64,000 nt of DNA from an uncultured Spirochaetota bacterium (lineage in GTDB: Bacteria; Spirochaetota; Brevinematia; Brevinematales; JAOACQ01). Positions 1-11,451 of this stretch are shown here, piece by piece; the first letter of the stretch is position 1, and every line of letters starts with the position of its first letter. Both the position numbers and the translations under genes were made by a program. The stretch is taken from contig CAWAOD010000011.1 in assembly GCA_963783575.1 (NCBI GenBank), forward strand, positions 224,001 through 288,000, in the 5' to 3' direction. A model generated the notes under the pieces. The model searched no databases, was not told the origin of the DNA, and saw only the letters and a program-made list of their open reading frames with translations.

Positions 1-2
1 AG

Positions 3-341
3 AAGAATAATTTTCCATATACGGAAAAGCATATTGATTATTCCGGGAATGTGCTTAATAGAGCGGCTGAGGCTTTTTACAGGCGTCATGGCGTGGAAAA
101 AACCGAGCCGGCCGCCGAGAGCGGTATTAATATGATCGGTAAAAGGGTTATGGTTACAAAGTATTGCATTAAATTTCAATTGGGCTTATGTGCAAATAAA
201 CCGGTTAAAAAAGATGATTTAACTAAAGAAAAACCGATTTTATTAAAGACAATTAAAGAACCTCTGTTTTTATCAAACGGCAGACATAGTTTTCGCCTTG
301 TTTTTAACTGTAATCAATGTAATATGGAAATTTATTTCTAA
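3..341 (+). CDS. U32 family peptidase (RlhA/YdcP-like), C-terminal part; truncated by the window start
   Basis: Frame is open from base 3 (KNNFPYTEKHIDYSGNVLNRAAEAFYRRHGV...MVTKYCIKFQLGLC...FNCNQCNMEIY), resembling the C-terminus of long U32 proteins. Confidence 0.7.
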   Translation, partial: KNNFPYTEKHIDYSGNVLNRAAEAFYRRHGVEKTEPAAESGINMIGKRVMVTKYCIKFQLGLCANKPVKKDDLTKEKPILLKTIKEPLFLSNGRHSFRLVFNCNQCNMEIYF

Positions 342-407
342 TATCCGGTTTTAAACTTTTTTGATATAATTTAAAAGACCTTTTAAAATATATTAACAAT
401 ATATCCA

Positions 408-481
408 GCGCTCATAGCTCAGATGGATAGAGCATCAGATTGCGGATCTGGGGGCCGGAGGTTCGACTCCTCCTGGGCGCA
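408..481 (+). tRNA. tRNA-Arg(GCG)
   Basis: Cloverleaf with acceptor GCGCTCA/TGGGCGC, anticodon arm TCAGA-TTGCGGA-TCTGG and T-loop GTTCGAC. CCA is not encoded. Confidence 0.93.
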
Positions 482-492
482 AATATTAGTAT

Positions 493-579
493 GGAGAGGT
501 GCCAGAGTGGTCGATCGGGTCTGACTCGAAATCAGATGTGCACGTGAGTGCACCGGGGGTTCGAATCCCTTCCTCTCCG
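493..579 (+). tRNA. tRNA-Ser(CGA)
   Basis: Acceptor GGAGAGG/CCTCTCC, anticodon arm TCTGA-CTCGAAA-TCAGA, long variable arm GTGCAC-GTGA-GTGCAC and GGTTCGAATCC. Confidence 0.95.
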
Positions 580-750
580 AATAATAAAAGCAAATCTATA
601 AAATAAGTTCACGCAAGTGACCCCAAGAGAACTTAAATAAACGGAGTAGGGATTCGACAAACCATCGAAGATGGTACGTATCCCTTCCTCTCCGATAATA
701 ATAAGTTAATCTAAAAATAAATCCACGCAAGTGACCCCGAAAGTACTTAT
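565..750 (+). repeat. tRNA-linked repeat: duplication of the tRNA-Ser 3' end plus downstream sequence
   Basis: ATCCCTTCCTCTCCGA occurs at 565 and 680, each followed by ...AATCTA...CACGCAAGTGACCCC. An inverted partial copy CGGAGTAGGGATTCGA lies at 642. Confidence 0.85.
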
Positions 751-1076
751 CAGCCTCCTCTCTACCCGGCCGATTAGTTGGTTTTTCGAAAAGTTATTCA
801 TATAGTTAGCTGCCTTATGGAAAAAGTTTCAGGTAATAATGTTTTCTTATTGCATAGGTTTGATGTCACAAATTGTGACCTCTATACAAAAGCATCATTT
901 TTGATTGACTTTTTATATATAATCTATATATATTCTAATTAAATGAAGAGCAATATTATGAAGTATTGGATCAATGCCGTATAAAAAAATCATGTGATAA
1001 TTGGTAAGAAAAATGAAATAGTTCAAGCTAATCTCAAGAAACGCGCTTGATCAAGTGAAACAAAAGTTAGCAATAA

Positions 1077-3299
<2,223 letters not shown>

Positions 3300-3375
3300 C
3301 ATCAATTTATTAGACCTGTCCTTTTTTCAGTATATGCATAGCCTCGATCCTATTAATGTTTTGCAATTATCAGAT

Positions 3376-3404
3376 TTGAAAATGTAGAAAAAATGTTGTA
3401 TAAT
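3376..3404 (+). promoter_or_regulatory. Sigma70-type promoter
   Basis: TTGAAA-17 nt-TATAAT upstream of the TAXI gene. Confidence 0.55.
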
Positions 3405-3494
3405 TGTTTTGTCAGGTGCAGCATGCCAAACTGGTAGAACGATGCTCATCATCAGCGGAAGAAAATGATAAAATGTTAAGCCTTGGGAGCTAAT

Positions 3495-4802
3495 ATGAAA
3501 ATAAGTAAATTTAAAAACATCAGGTTTGAACGGAACCGTTCGGTAATTTATATATCCGTAATACTTCTTGCTTTAGTTTCGATTCTTGCGATTTTCTGGT
3601 TTTTTCATAATGCCCCGCCGAATAATCTGATAATTACAGCAGGTCCTGAGAATAGTTCACTCTGGCATTTTGCCGAGGAATATCAGAAAATTCTCAAACG
3701 CAGCGGAGTCAAGCTAACCATTTTATCATCTGATGGTTCTGTTGAAAATTTAAAACGTCTGTCTGACTTATCCAACACGGTTGATATAGGTTTTGTTCAG
3801 GGAGGTATCCAGAACAGTAATACTGGAAATCTTGTTTCGCTAGGCAGTATAACTTATGAACCAATTTATATTTTCTATAGAAATCCGGCTCCTCTCGATT
3901 TTATTTCCGATTTTAAAGGGAAACGCCTTGCAGTCGGCGAGCCCGGAAGCGGTACTCTTAAGTTTTCGCAATTACTACTTTCCAATAACGGCATAGTAAC
4001 AGGCGGTTCTACTGCGTTCCTTGAAACTGATTCGGATGAAGCAGTTACGGATTTACTGAAAGGAAATATCGATGCGGTGTTTCTTATGGGAGATTCGGCT
4101 TCTTCCGCCAAAATAAATTTTTTGCTCAAAGATCCGGCGATCCATCTTTATAGTTTCAAGCAGGCAGATGCCTATACGAGGCATATAAACTATCTGCATA
4201 AGATAGTTCTTCCGATGGGGTGCTTTGATTATGCAAAAAATATTCCGCCTTCTGACATTAATCTCATTGGCCCGGCTATTCAGATTATCGCAAGAAAAAG
4301 CCTGCATCCAGCCCTGTCGGATTTAATCCTTCAAGCCGCGGAAGAAGTACATTCAAAACCGGGCCTTCTCAAACAAAGGGGTGAGTTTCCGGCTCCGATG
4401 GTAATCGATATTAAAATAAGCTCAGATGCCAAACGCTACTATAAGTCGGGTGAGGGTTTTCTTTATAAGATTTTCCCATTCTGGCTGGCTAGCCTGTTCG
4501 ATAGGATTTTATTTTTGATCCTGCCGCTTATAGTTTTATTTCCTTCGATTATCCGTGGCGTTCCCGCTTTCTTCCAGTGGCGGATCAAGACACGTATCTA
4601 CCGTTTTTACCGCCAGCTGCTCAATATCGAACACAATGTCAGGATAAACCGGCCTGGAGAACTTACCCTGCTTTATGAAGAACTTGACAGTATAGAAGAC
4701 CAGGTAAATAAAAATGTGCCGGTTTCATTCGCCGAATCATTTTATATTTTGCGTGAACATATCGATTTTGTCCGTGAAAGAATCAAACATATATCAAAAT
4801 AA
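3495..4802 (+). CDS. TAXI family TRAP transporter solute-binding protein with membrane segments
   Basis: N-terminal TM segment, motifs GSVENLKRL, GFVQGG, KRLAVGEPGSGT and LHPAL, and a C-terminal TM segment. ATG at 3495 follows GGGAG. Confidence 0.8.
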   Translation: MKISKFKNIRFERNRSVIYISVILLALVSILAIFWFFHNAPPNNLIITAGPENSSLWHFAEEYQKILKRSGVKLTILSSDGSVENLKRLSDLSNTVDIGFVQGGIQNSNTGNLVSLGSITYEPIYIFYRNPAPLDFISDFKGKRLAVGEPGSGTLKFSQLLLSNNGIVTGGSTAFLETDSDEAVTDLLKGNIDAVFLMGDSASSAKINFLLKDPAIHLYSFKQADAYTRHINYLHKIVLPMGCFDYAKNIPPSDINLIGPAIQIIARKSLHPALSDLILQAAEEVHSKPGLLKQRGEFPAPMVIDIKISSDAKRYYKSGEGFLYKIFPFWLASLFDRILFLILPLIVLFPSIIRGVPAFFQWRIKTRIYRFYRQLLNIEHNVRINRPGELTLLYEELDSIEDQVNKNVPVSFAESFYILREHIDFVRERIKHISK

Positions 4803-4827
4803 ACTATTATACTAAATTGATAATGAC

Positions 4828-7182
4828 TCACCATTTCATCCATACGTCAAGTGAAGGGTATATGCCTATCGGGCTTTGATTTTCAACTTTTGTACTATAA
4901 TTGTCAGCATAACTTATATATGTCACCGGCCTGTAATTATAAACATTATTAACCTGTAAATCAATCCCCGCGGGAAAGTCCCAAAGCTTTCCGGTGTATT
5001 CAAGCTTCAGGTTCAATGAGTGCACATCGGGAAGCCAGGCTGAATTATACCTGCCCCAAACCGGAGTGTATAAAGTATTGTTACCCATAATATTTGTCCG
5101 TACAGACACAAGCGGCGTATATTGGCCGCCTGACTGCCACTGAAATTCCGATGTCAGAGACCAGTTCTTATTTATTTCCCATATTGCCGTAAGATCTACC
5201 TTGTATGGAAGGGAACCTGCTTCAAACCACTCATTCATCGGAGGATTGGCATACTGGCCTAAAACTGTTACCGATGGCCCGCCCATAACCGAACCTGGAT
5301 TAAGGTTGCAGAGAGTATTGGGATCGACGCCGTAATCACGGTATCCGCGGGCATAGTAACCGGATATGCTAATCCATCCGTAAACCGGGAAACCGTCTTT
5401 TTTCTTTGTAAGAAGAAGGTCGATTCCGAAAACCTGATGCTTTTCTCCTGTGGTCTGCAGAAGAAATTGGGTATTCGATTCCTCGGATAAATAATTTATA
5501 TAATTTTTAAAATATCCCTCTAAACTGATACAATAAACCCTGTTAAAGTTTAACTCTGTACCAAGAATATAATGCCAGCAGCCGGGAATGTTAAGGCTTG
5601 AGTTTGTGTCGAGAATTGAGACATCAAAAGAGTCCGAAGGAAATTCGGAAAGGAGACCGGCGCTTGCGTAAATTTTACTCTCAGCAAACCTGTAACCTAT
5701 GGTGAGCCTCGGATCAAAAGAGTATTTCTTTATATAATCTACATAATTAAACCTGATTCCGTCCTGTATGTAAAATTTTTTATCAAAAAAATCCGATTCG
5801 TTTTCAATAAAAGGCGAGTATATTCCGAGTGCTCCATTATACGAATTGTTCCCGAAAGTCAGCCATTCCTGATGGCCTGTGACCTGGTTTGTTACAAGGC
5901 CGACACAGTAATTCGTATAAAAAAGGCCGGGAAAATATATGACTTCGCCGCCAACATCAAATGATATGTTTTCGGATAGAGTATAGCTGACTAACCCTTT
6001 GTATCTCAGGTTATACGCAGAATCCCTCATTAGAGTTGTGTTGTCCGGTTCATTCATTTCCAGATCCTGGTAGCTTCCCATAAAACCGATTGACTGATCA
6101 ATCGACCATTCCCTTGAAAATGAATGTTTCCAGTTAAGATTGATCAAACCGTCATAATAATCCATAATGCCGGAATTTGTCGCATTCCTGCCGGTAAATG
6201 ATGAATTTGTCCAGAATGTCGGTTCTTCCGAAAAAAGCCAGACAAGCGAAACAACATCACCGCCGTCTTTATACTGAATCCTGCCATGTGAGTCAAGATA
6301 ATAGGGAGCATGAAAATTCGTGCCGATTCCATTTACACCCTGAACAAAAAAAGGCAGGATAAGATCATACTGAGTCCTTCTGATGCCGCCGGCAAAATTC
6401 CATTTCTGGTCTTCGGAGGCTCCGGAGACTGCCGCATATGTGTTTATTAGCCCGAGGTCCACTTTGCCATGAAAGCCAGGTTCGCCTTCGATCATATTGA
6501 CCTGAAGAAGCGACGACATTGACTGTCCGTATCGTGCCGGAAGAACACCCTTGTAAATGTCGATTCCATCAACAATTTCATCTATAAAAACCGAGTCGCC
6601 TATAAAGTGGTGGTAGGGGTATTGGATTAAAGCGTCATCAAGGAGCGCGGCGTTTTCATTACCGGTGCCTCCCCTGACAGACAGTTTTGTGTTATTAAAA
6701 GTGTTGCCAATACCAAGATCGCTTACTCCGGGCATCAGGGTCAATGAGTGAACAGGATCGCCAGTGATCGAATCCGGGGCTTTATTGCGTAAATCTTTCG
6801 ATATTACATTTTTAGATTCCGTTCCTTTCAGTTTTTCACCCGTAACCTGAACTTCACCAAGGGACAAGGAGCTTTGCGGAATAATGTAAAAATTGATGCT
6901 GATATCCGATTTTAAGTTTATATCTTTCGTTTCCTGATAATATCCTACTGCGCCCGCTGAAAGTGAATACATCCCGGCCGCTGTTTCCAGAATAAAAGAA
7001 CCGTTGTCTTCTGCCTGAGCCGCGGTTAAGACATTTGTCCCCGATTTGAGAATGACGGTAGCCGATGGAACCGCGCTTCTCGAATCCGATCTGAATACCC
7101 TGCCTCTGATTTGATAACAAAAAGCTGAGACCGGTATTATAATAAACAATATCAATAATATTCGCAAAGGTATACCCTCCAT
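4828..7182 (-). CDS. TonB-dependent receptor with N-terminal carboxypeptidase-regulatory-like domain
   Basis: Signal peptide, plug motifs (LSVRGG...N..LLD, YKGVLPARYG), beta-barrel-like C-terminus ending in W. Confidence 0.8.
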   Translation of the reverse strand: MEGIPLRILLILFIIIPVSAFCYQIRGRVFRSDSRSAVPSATVILKSGTNVLTAAQAEDNGSFILETAAGMYSLSAGAVGYYQETKDINLKSDISINFYIIPQSSLSLGEVQVTGEKLKGTESKNVISKDLRNKAPDSITGDPVHSLTLMPGVSDLGIGNTFNNTKLSVRGGTGNENAALLDDALIQYPYHHFIGDSVFIDEIVDGIDIYKGVLPARYGQSMSSLLQVNMIEGEPGFHGKVDLGLINTYAAVSGASEDQKWNFAGGIRRTQYDLILPFFVQGVNGIGTNFHAPYYLDSHGRIQYKDGGDVVSLVWLFSEEPTFWTNSSFTGRNATNSGIMDYYDGLINLNWKHSFSREWSIDQSIGFMGSYQDLEMNEPDNTTLMRDSAYNLRYKGLVSYTLSENISFDVGGEVIYFPGLFYTNYCVGLVTNQVTGHQEWLTFGNNSYNGALGIYSPFIENESDFFDKKFYIQDGIRFNYVDYIKKYSFDPRLTIGYRFAESKIYASAGLLSEFPSDSFDVSILDTNSSLNIPGCWHYILGTELNFNRVYCISLEGYFKNYINYLSEESNTQFLLQTTGEKHQVFGIDLLLTKKKDGFPVYGWISISGYYARGYRDYGVDPNTLCNLNPGSVMGGPSVTVLGQYANPPMNEWFEAGSLPYKVDLTAIWEINKNWSLTSEFQWQSGGQYTPLVSVRTNIMGNNTLYTPVWGRYNSAWLPDVHSLNLKLEYTGKLWDFPAGIDLQVNNVYNYRPVTYISYADNYSTKVENQSPIGIYPSLDVWMKW

Positions 7183-7453
7183 ACGAATATTTTAATAGCA
7201 AATAACTTGCCAAAAAGCCGATTTAAAAAATTTTATATATTTGTTACAAAATCTTATTGGCAGTGGAAACTGCCCACAATTCCGTTTTATAAAAAACCGG
7301 TTTTTATGAGATTTTCGAACTGCCCTCATATCAGTTATGATATTGGGAAAACTATCAAAAATGATAGGTATTCGCTTTGATTATTGGGAACAACCCTGCA
7401 ACAAGGTTTAAAATTAAGACATTCACTAATAATGTATTTGGATTTACCGGAAT

Positions 7454-7834
7454 TTAGTCTTGCATCTGAATAATCGCATTATCTTTATTTCTTTCTTTCT
7501 CAATAATATTCATTACTTTATTCGCAAGTATTCTATTTTTGGAACGAAGTAAATAGTATAATTTATTTAATGAGATCTTCTCGTCTCTATTTATAATTCT
7601 ATTTTTTTCCCGCGCTTTTTCAATGTCCTTAATTGTTATATCTTTACGGTCTTCTGTCAGGCTTAAAGCGAGTAAAGCAATCTTCTTTTCTCTTATTATT
7701 TTGCGAATATCAATATTATATTCTTTACTGATCTTTTTAAGATATAAATTACGCCTGGGATTTGTTATCAAAAAATAATCCGGATACTTTTTAATCATAT
7801 CCATAAGAATTAAATTTTTTTCATTTTGACACAT
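7454..7834 (-). CDS. Hypothetical basic protein
   Basis: 126-aa ORF with GAGG upstream of the ATG; no recognisable domain. Confidence 0.45.
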   Translation of the reverse strand: MCQNEKNLILMDMIKKYPDYFLITNPRRNLYLKKISKEYNIDIRKIIREKKIALLALSLTEDRKDITIKDIEKAREKNRIINRDEKISLNKLYYLLRSKNRILANKVMNIIEKERNKDNAIIQMQD

Positions 7835-8062
7835 AATAATAACCTCATAATAAAATTTAACCGCCTATAATATAAAAACAAATTTAAATATTGTCTACCA
7901 ATACAGGATAATTTTTTAATCAATATTTCAATCGCGAAAAAAAGGCTTTTTAAGACTTTGAAGTTGAGTGTTGAGGTAATTGTGATTGACAATTAAAGGC
8001 AATGAGATGCATGTTCCCTTTTGGCAAAAGGGAGAAAGCTCTTTCCTTTCTTTCTGTTCGCC

Positions 8063-9788
8063 TTGTCTGTCGAAAAACTATAAAAAGAGAAAAAGCGATT
8101 TTCTATAACATTCGGATATCACATTTGATTTCTAGGATATCCGAAAATTAATCTCATATACAATTTATTATAGCTTAAATTACATAATTACACTCCTGTA
8201 CCATTTTATATCATTCTCATATACTCAATCCTTTGCATATTACAGCCTGAAAATATTTTCCCAAATTATGTGAAGTGGAATTCCAGAGCCAATCCATTTC
8301 TACTTTTTCTTTTCCACGATAATAGGTTTGAGAAAAATCTTTCTGCGTTTTAAGGTTGGCAAAATTGTGTTCCTTTCCAATTCTCTTGCTGTATATCTTT
8401 TGCCCTTCATCACTTCTCAATTTATTAAGATAACTGTCGATTTCCTTTCTGTTCTCTAACTCAAACAGATTGAAATTTACAGTCTTTTGGTTTCTGCTGG
8501 GATTTATGTTCGTATAACATTCCTTATTATTTTCACATTCCTTACATTGTGATCGATTATAGAAAAAGTGGATTTTGCCTCTTTTATCATCAATGTATCC
8601 TTTGGTATTTAATCCACCACAGCACTTTAACCGATACTCTCTGTTATCACCTTTTATGATTTCAAAATTCTTTCTCTTTTGTACCTCTTTCCCAAAATCT
8701 CTCTCTTTTATATCAATATAGCAATCCAATCCTTTTTCTTCCATTTCCAGAATGTCTGTCATATTTTGAAATCCCGAATCCAGCAGGTACTTACTTTCCT
8801 GCTTTACCCCCAATTCCTCTTTAAGCTTTTCCACTTCCTCAATCATGGGTTTCGCACTGTATTTCTCATTCAATTTATCGTTTTCACAGCTTAGTATTAT
8901 GTCATTGTTACTGATCATCATTCTTATATTATATCCCTGAATATATCCGCTCTTGTCAGGCCCCAATGTAAGAGAGCTGTCGGGATCGGTTAAATTATAA
9001 TGATCTTTGCCTGTAATGGTTTTGTCTCCTTCTTTTAATCTTTCTTCTTCAAGCATCTTTTGATAAACTTCCACCTGTTCCATCACTCTGTTGTAAAGCT
9101 TTTCCTGACGTTCTATACGCTTTTTTTCAGCCATATACTTTTCTTCTTCCAATTCACCACGATTTAGTTTCTCATCTGTCTCCAAACTCCTTTTAACTAC
9201 TTTGGTTGCCATTTTGCGGTAAGTTCTCATCACTTTGTCGGCTCTTTCCCTGGTCATCGTCTTTGACTTTGATGCATTGGCTTTGATTTTCGTTCCGTCC
9301 CCCACAACTACATCCCAATCAATCTCTCCTATGTTATTTAATAAAAAAAGAATTGTCGCAAACAGATTTGTAATTTCGTCATCAAACTGGATTTTAAAAT
9401 CGCAAAGCTTTGAATGATCTATGCTAAGACGGTTTGATACATACATAAATCCTATGTGGGTTCTGAGAAGATTTTCTACCTTGCGGCTGGAATGGATTCC
9501 TTGCAAATAACCATAGAGAATCGCAGATATAACATCTTGAGGATGTTTCCCTTTCCGCCCTGTTTCATCATTGGAATAATATTTATCAAACCTTTGTATA
9601 TCAATGTATTTCGCCACAAACTTTTTTAGAAGGACTTCACGGCTGTATTCATCGAATTGTTCCTGCAAATTGATGGCTAACAATTCTCCCTGGTCTAGAT
9701 TTCCTCTCTTATATCTCGCCATTGTCTTTCCCCTCTTTAATTTTGCAACTAACTATTATATCATATTTTCGGATTTTTCGACAGACAA
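8063..9788 (-). mobile_element. IS1182-family insertion sequence (element 1)
   Basis: Terminal inverted repeats TTGTCTGTCGAAAAA (8063-8077 and 9774-9788) and a 4-bp target duplication CGCC on both flanks. Confidence 0.9.
8217..9722 (-). CDS. IS1182-family DDE transposase
   Basis: Motifs SSRKVE, DGTKIKANAS, TDPDS, GYN, DSGF, a Cys-rich segment and EHNFANLK. Confidence 0.9.
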   Translation of the reverse strand: MARYKRGNLDQGELLAINLQEQFDEYSREVLLKKFVAKYIDIQRFDKYYSNDETGRKGKHPQDVISAILYGYLQGIHSSRKVENLLRTHIGFMYVSNRLSIDHSKLCDFKIQFDDEITNLFATILFLLNNIGEIDWDVVVGDGTKIKANASKSKTMTRERADKVMRTYRKMATKVVKRSLETDEKLNRGELEEEKYMAEKKRIERQEKLYNRVMEQVEVYQKMLEEERLKEGDKTITGKDHYNLTDPDSSLTLGPDKSGYIQGYNIRMMISNNDIILSCENDKLNEKYSAKPMIEEVEKLKEELGVKQESKYLLDSGFQNMTDILEMEEKGLDCYIDIKERDFGKEVQKRKNFEIIKGDNREYRLKCCGGLNTKGYIDDKRGKIHFFYNRSQCKECENNKECYTNINPSRNQKTVNFNLFELENRKEIDSYLNKLRSDEGQKIYSKRIGKEHNFANLKTQKDFSQTYYRGKEKVEMDWLWNSTSHNLGKYFQAVICKGLSI

Positions 9789-10132
9789 CGCCCGTCAGGA
9801 AGGTGCCGCCCGAGAGGGCGGGTTATTGACGGGAAGAACGCTGCGAAAGAAAGTAACTTTTGCGTCCCTCCGTAACTTGCGTCCGTGCTTCGGACAGATC
9901 TGCGGGCACGCCAACGTCTGTTGGCTCGCAAAAGTGACTTTCTTTCTCCGCTTTGCTTTCCCGTGAATTTTGTAAAAAAGAACAGCCGGGAAAGTTATAA
10001 ACGATTCCTTTTATGATTAATAATGATCGGAAATTATCAGTTCTTTTTGTCTATTGGCCGGCTGTTCATGTGTTTTATTTAACTTCTTGGAATGATTATT
10101 TTAAGCCTGTAACTCAATTAACAAAAGGAACG

Positions 10133-10404
10133 GCCCCTTCGCATTAGCGCCATTTCATGTGAAGATATTTGTTTATTCAGAGGTGTTGTTATTCCAGGTT
10201 TTATTAAAAGCTCTATTTTTATTAAAGAGCCTCACTATGCAGTCCTGCTGCGTTCGGGTCGCAGCTGTCCTGGCTGCGAAATACGAACAGATCAATTAAT
10301 CATGAAACGGGAATAACAACGAAAGTTATACCAAGATCGTTTTTGACCACAGGGAAGATCAATCAGAAATGGCGCTAATGCTGCGGGGGGCGATTAAGCA
10401 GGCT
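10133..10404. repeat. Structured repeat B, copy 1 (MITE-like or ncRNA-like)
   Basis: Terminal arms GCATTAGCGCCATTTC/GAAATGGCGCTAATGC and inner stem GTTGTTATTCC/GGAATAACAAC. Inverted homolog at 17697-18093. Confidence 0.85.
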
Positions 10405-10456
10405 GGTGATGGATTGAGAGGAATGTAAAATTTGAAGTTAGTTGTTGATGATATTG

Positions 10457-10568
10457 TTCGGTCACAGAGTAGCGGGCATGTTTATGGTCACTTCGATACG
10501 TGGCAGAGCCTCTACTCAGTGACCGAAGCTTTTCTTAAAAGATGGAACTAGACGCGTATCGAAGTGAC
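10457..10568. repeat. REP/BIME-like palindromic cluster
   Basis: TTCGGTCACAGAGTAG pairs with CTACTCAGTGACCGAA; GTCACTTCGATACG pairs with CGTATCGAAGTGAC. Confidence 0.6.
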
Positions 10569-10929
10569 TGTCATGAAAACTATGGAATTTTCATCCTCTG
10601 AAAAGAAAGTGTGAGTATTTCTTTTTATTGAATATTTATTTATAATTCAGTTGTCAAGTTAACTGGCATTATTTTTAAATAATTAGCTACATGGTCTTGC
10701 AGAAATAAATCGTTAGGTATATAATAGAGTATAAAATTAAAAAAGTTTGCCAGGTTAAAAAATGGATCGGAATGAGAATCCAGGCAGAATAATCCATCAT
10801 ATAAATCGCATAAAAGCCGTTGTCGAACACTTCGAAATACTTGCCTCAATTAATACAATAAATACTTTCAATCATATTCTTGTCGGAGATAATTATTTAT
10901 TAAGCAAAACTGTTGAAATATAAAAAAAT

Positions 10930-10947
10930 TGTCGCACCGGTGCGACA
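10930..10947. promoter_or_regulatory. 18-bp palindrome, putative protein-binding or recombination site
   Basis: TGTCGCACCGGTGCGACA just upstream of the RBS of the 10962 gene. Confidence 0.65.
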
Positions 10948-10961
10948 TTCCGGAGGTAAAA

Positions 10962-11432
10962 ATGGCCAGGAATGACATTGTTTTAGAAAAGGAAGATAGC
11001 AGGGATTTAGCGGAATTTGATAGCCTTATTAATAAAGCTTTACAGGCCAGAAGGAAAATTGAAACAGGCTTTATTGAACTGGCGGAAAGTATTTTTGATA
11101 TTCATAAAAAGAAACTCTACCGTTTGAAATACAATACATTCAATGAATTCTGCGAAGAAGAACTTGGTTTTTCAAGGCAAACGGTTTATGTCTATATCTC
11201 TATTTTAAAACTGATTGTAGCATATCCGAAATATTTTCCTAAAGAAAAAGCAATTGAATTCGGCCACAAAAAAATGCGTTATATAACTGAAGGAGTAAAT
11301 GCGATTAATGGAAAATCGGCTGATGATAATATAAAAGAAACAAAGAAAATAGAAATATTGGAACATGTAAAACCCAGTATGGCTTCAACAGAAATAGAAT
11401 CATATATTGAAGATATTGTAAGCAAATTATGA
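10962..11432 (+). CDS. Putative DNA-binding protein (DUF3102/ParZ/PF49-like HTH)
   Basis: GGAGGT RBS and motif LYRLKYNTFNEFCEEELGFSRQTVYVYI. Confidence 0.65.
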   Translation: MARNDIVLEKEDSRDLAEFDSLINKALQARRKIETGFIELAESIFDIHKKKLYRLKYNTFNEFCEEELGFSRQTVYVYISILKLIVAYPKYFPKEKAIEFGHKKMRYITEGVNAINGKSADDNIKETKKIEILEHVKPSMASTEIESYIEDIVSKL

Positions 11433-11433
11433 T

Positions 11434-11451
11434 TGTCGCACTGGTGCGACA
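11434..11451. promoter_or_regulatory. Second copy of the 18-bp palindrome
   Basis: TGTCGCACTGGTGCGACA one base after the stop codon. Confidence 0.65.

Larger units (their letters stand above)
7913..9968 (+). repeat. Structured repeat A, copy 1 (7913-8062 plus 9793-9968), split by an IS
   Basis: Both halves align to the reverse complement of 37907-38200. Confidence 0.85.

Noticed and set aside
565..750. CRISPR array
   Set aside because: Only two imperfect units derived from a tRNA end, with no regular spacers and no cas genes.
865..879. Palindrome GTCACAAATTGTGAC as a katG operator
   Set aside because: It is a single occurrence with no assignable regulator and only loose similarity to the 10930/11434 sites.
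7183..7450. Cobalamin riboswitch upstream of the TonB-dependent receptor
   Set aside because: Only a short hairpin containing CCACTG; the conserved core motifs are absent.
9604..9966. ORFs 9604-9966, 7810-7992 and 23430-23693
   Set aside because: They are shadow ORFs over IS ends and non-coding repeats.
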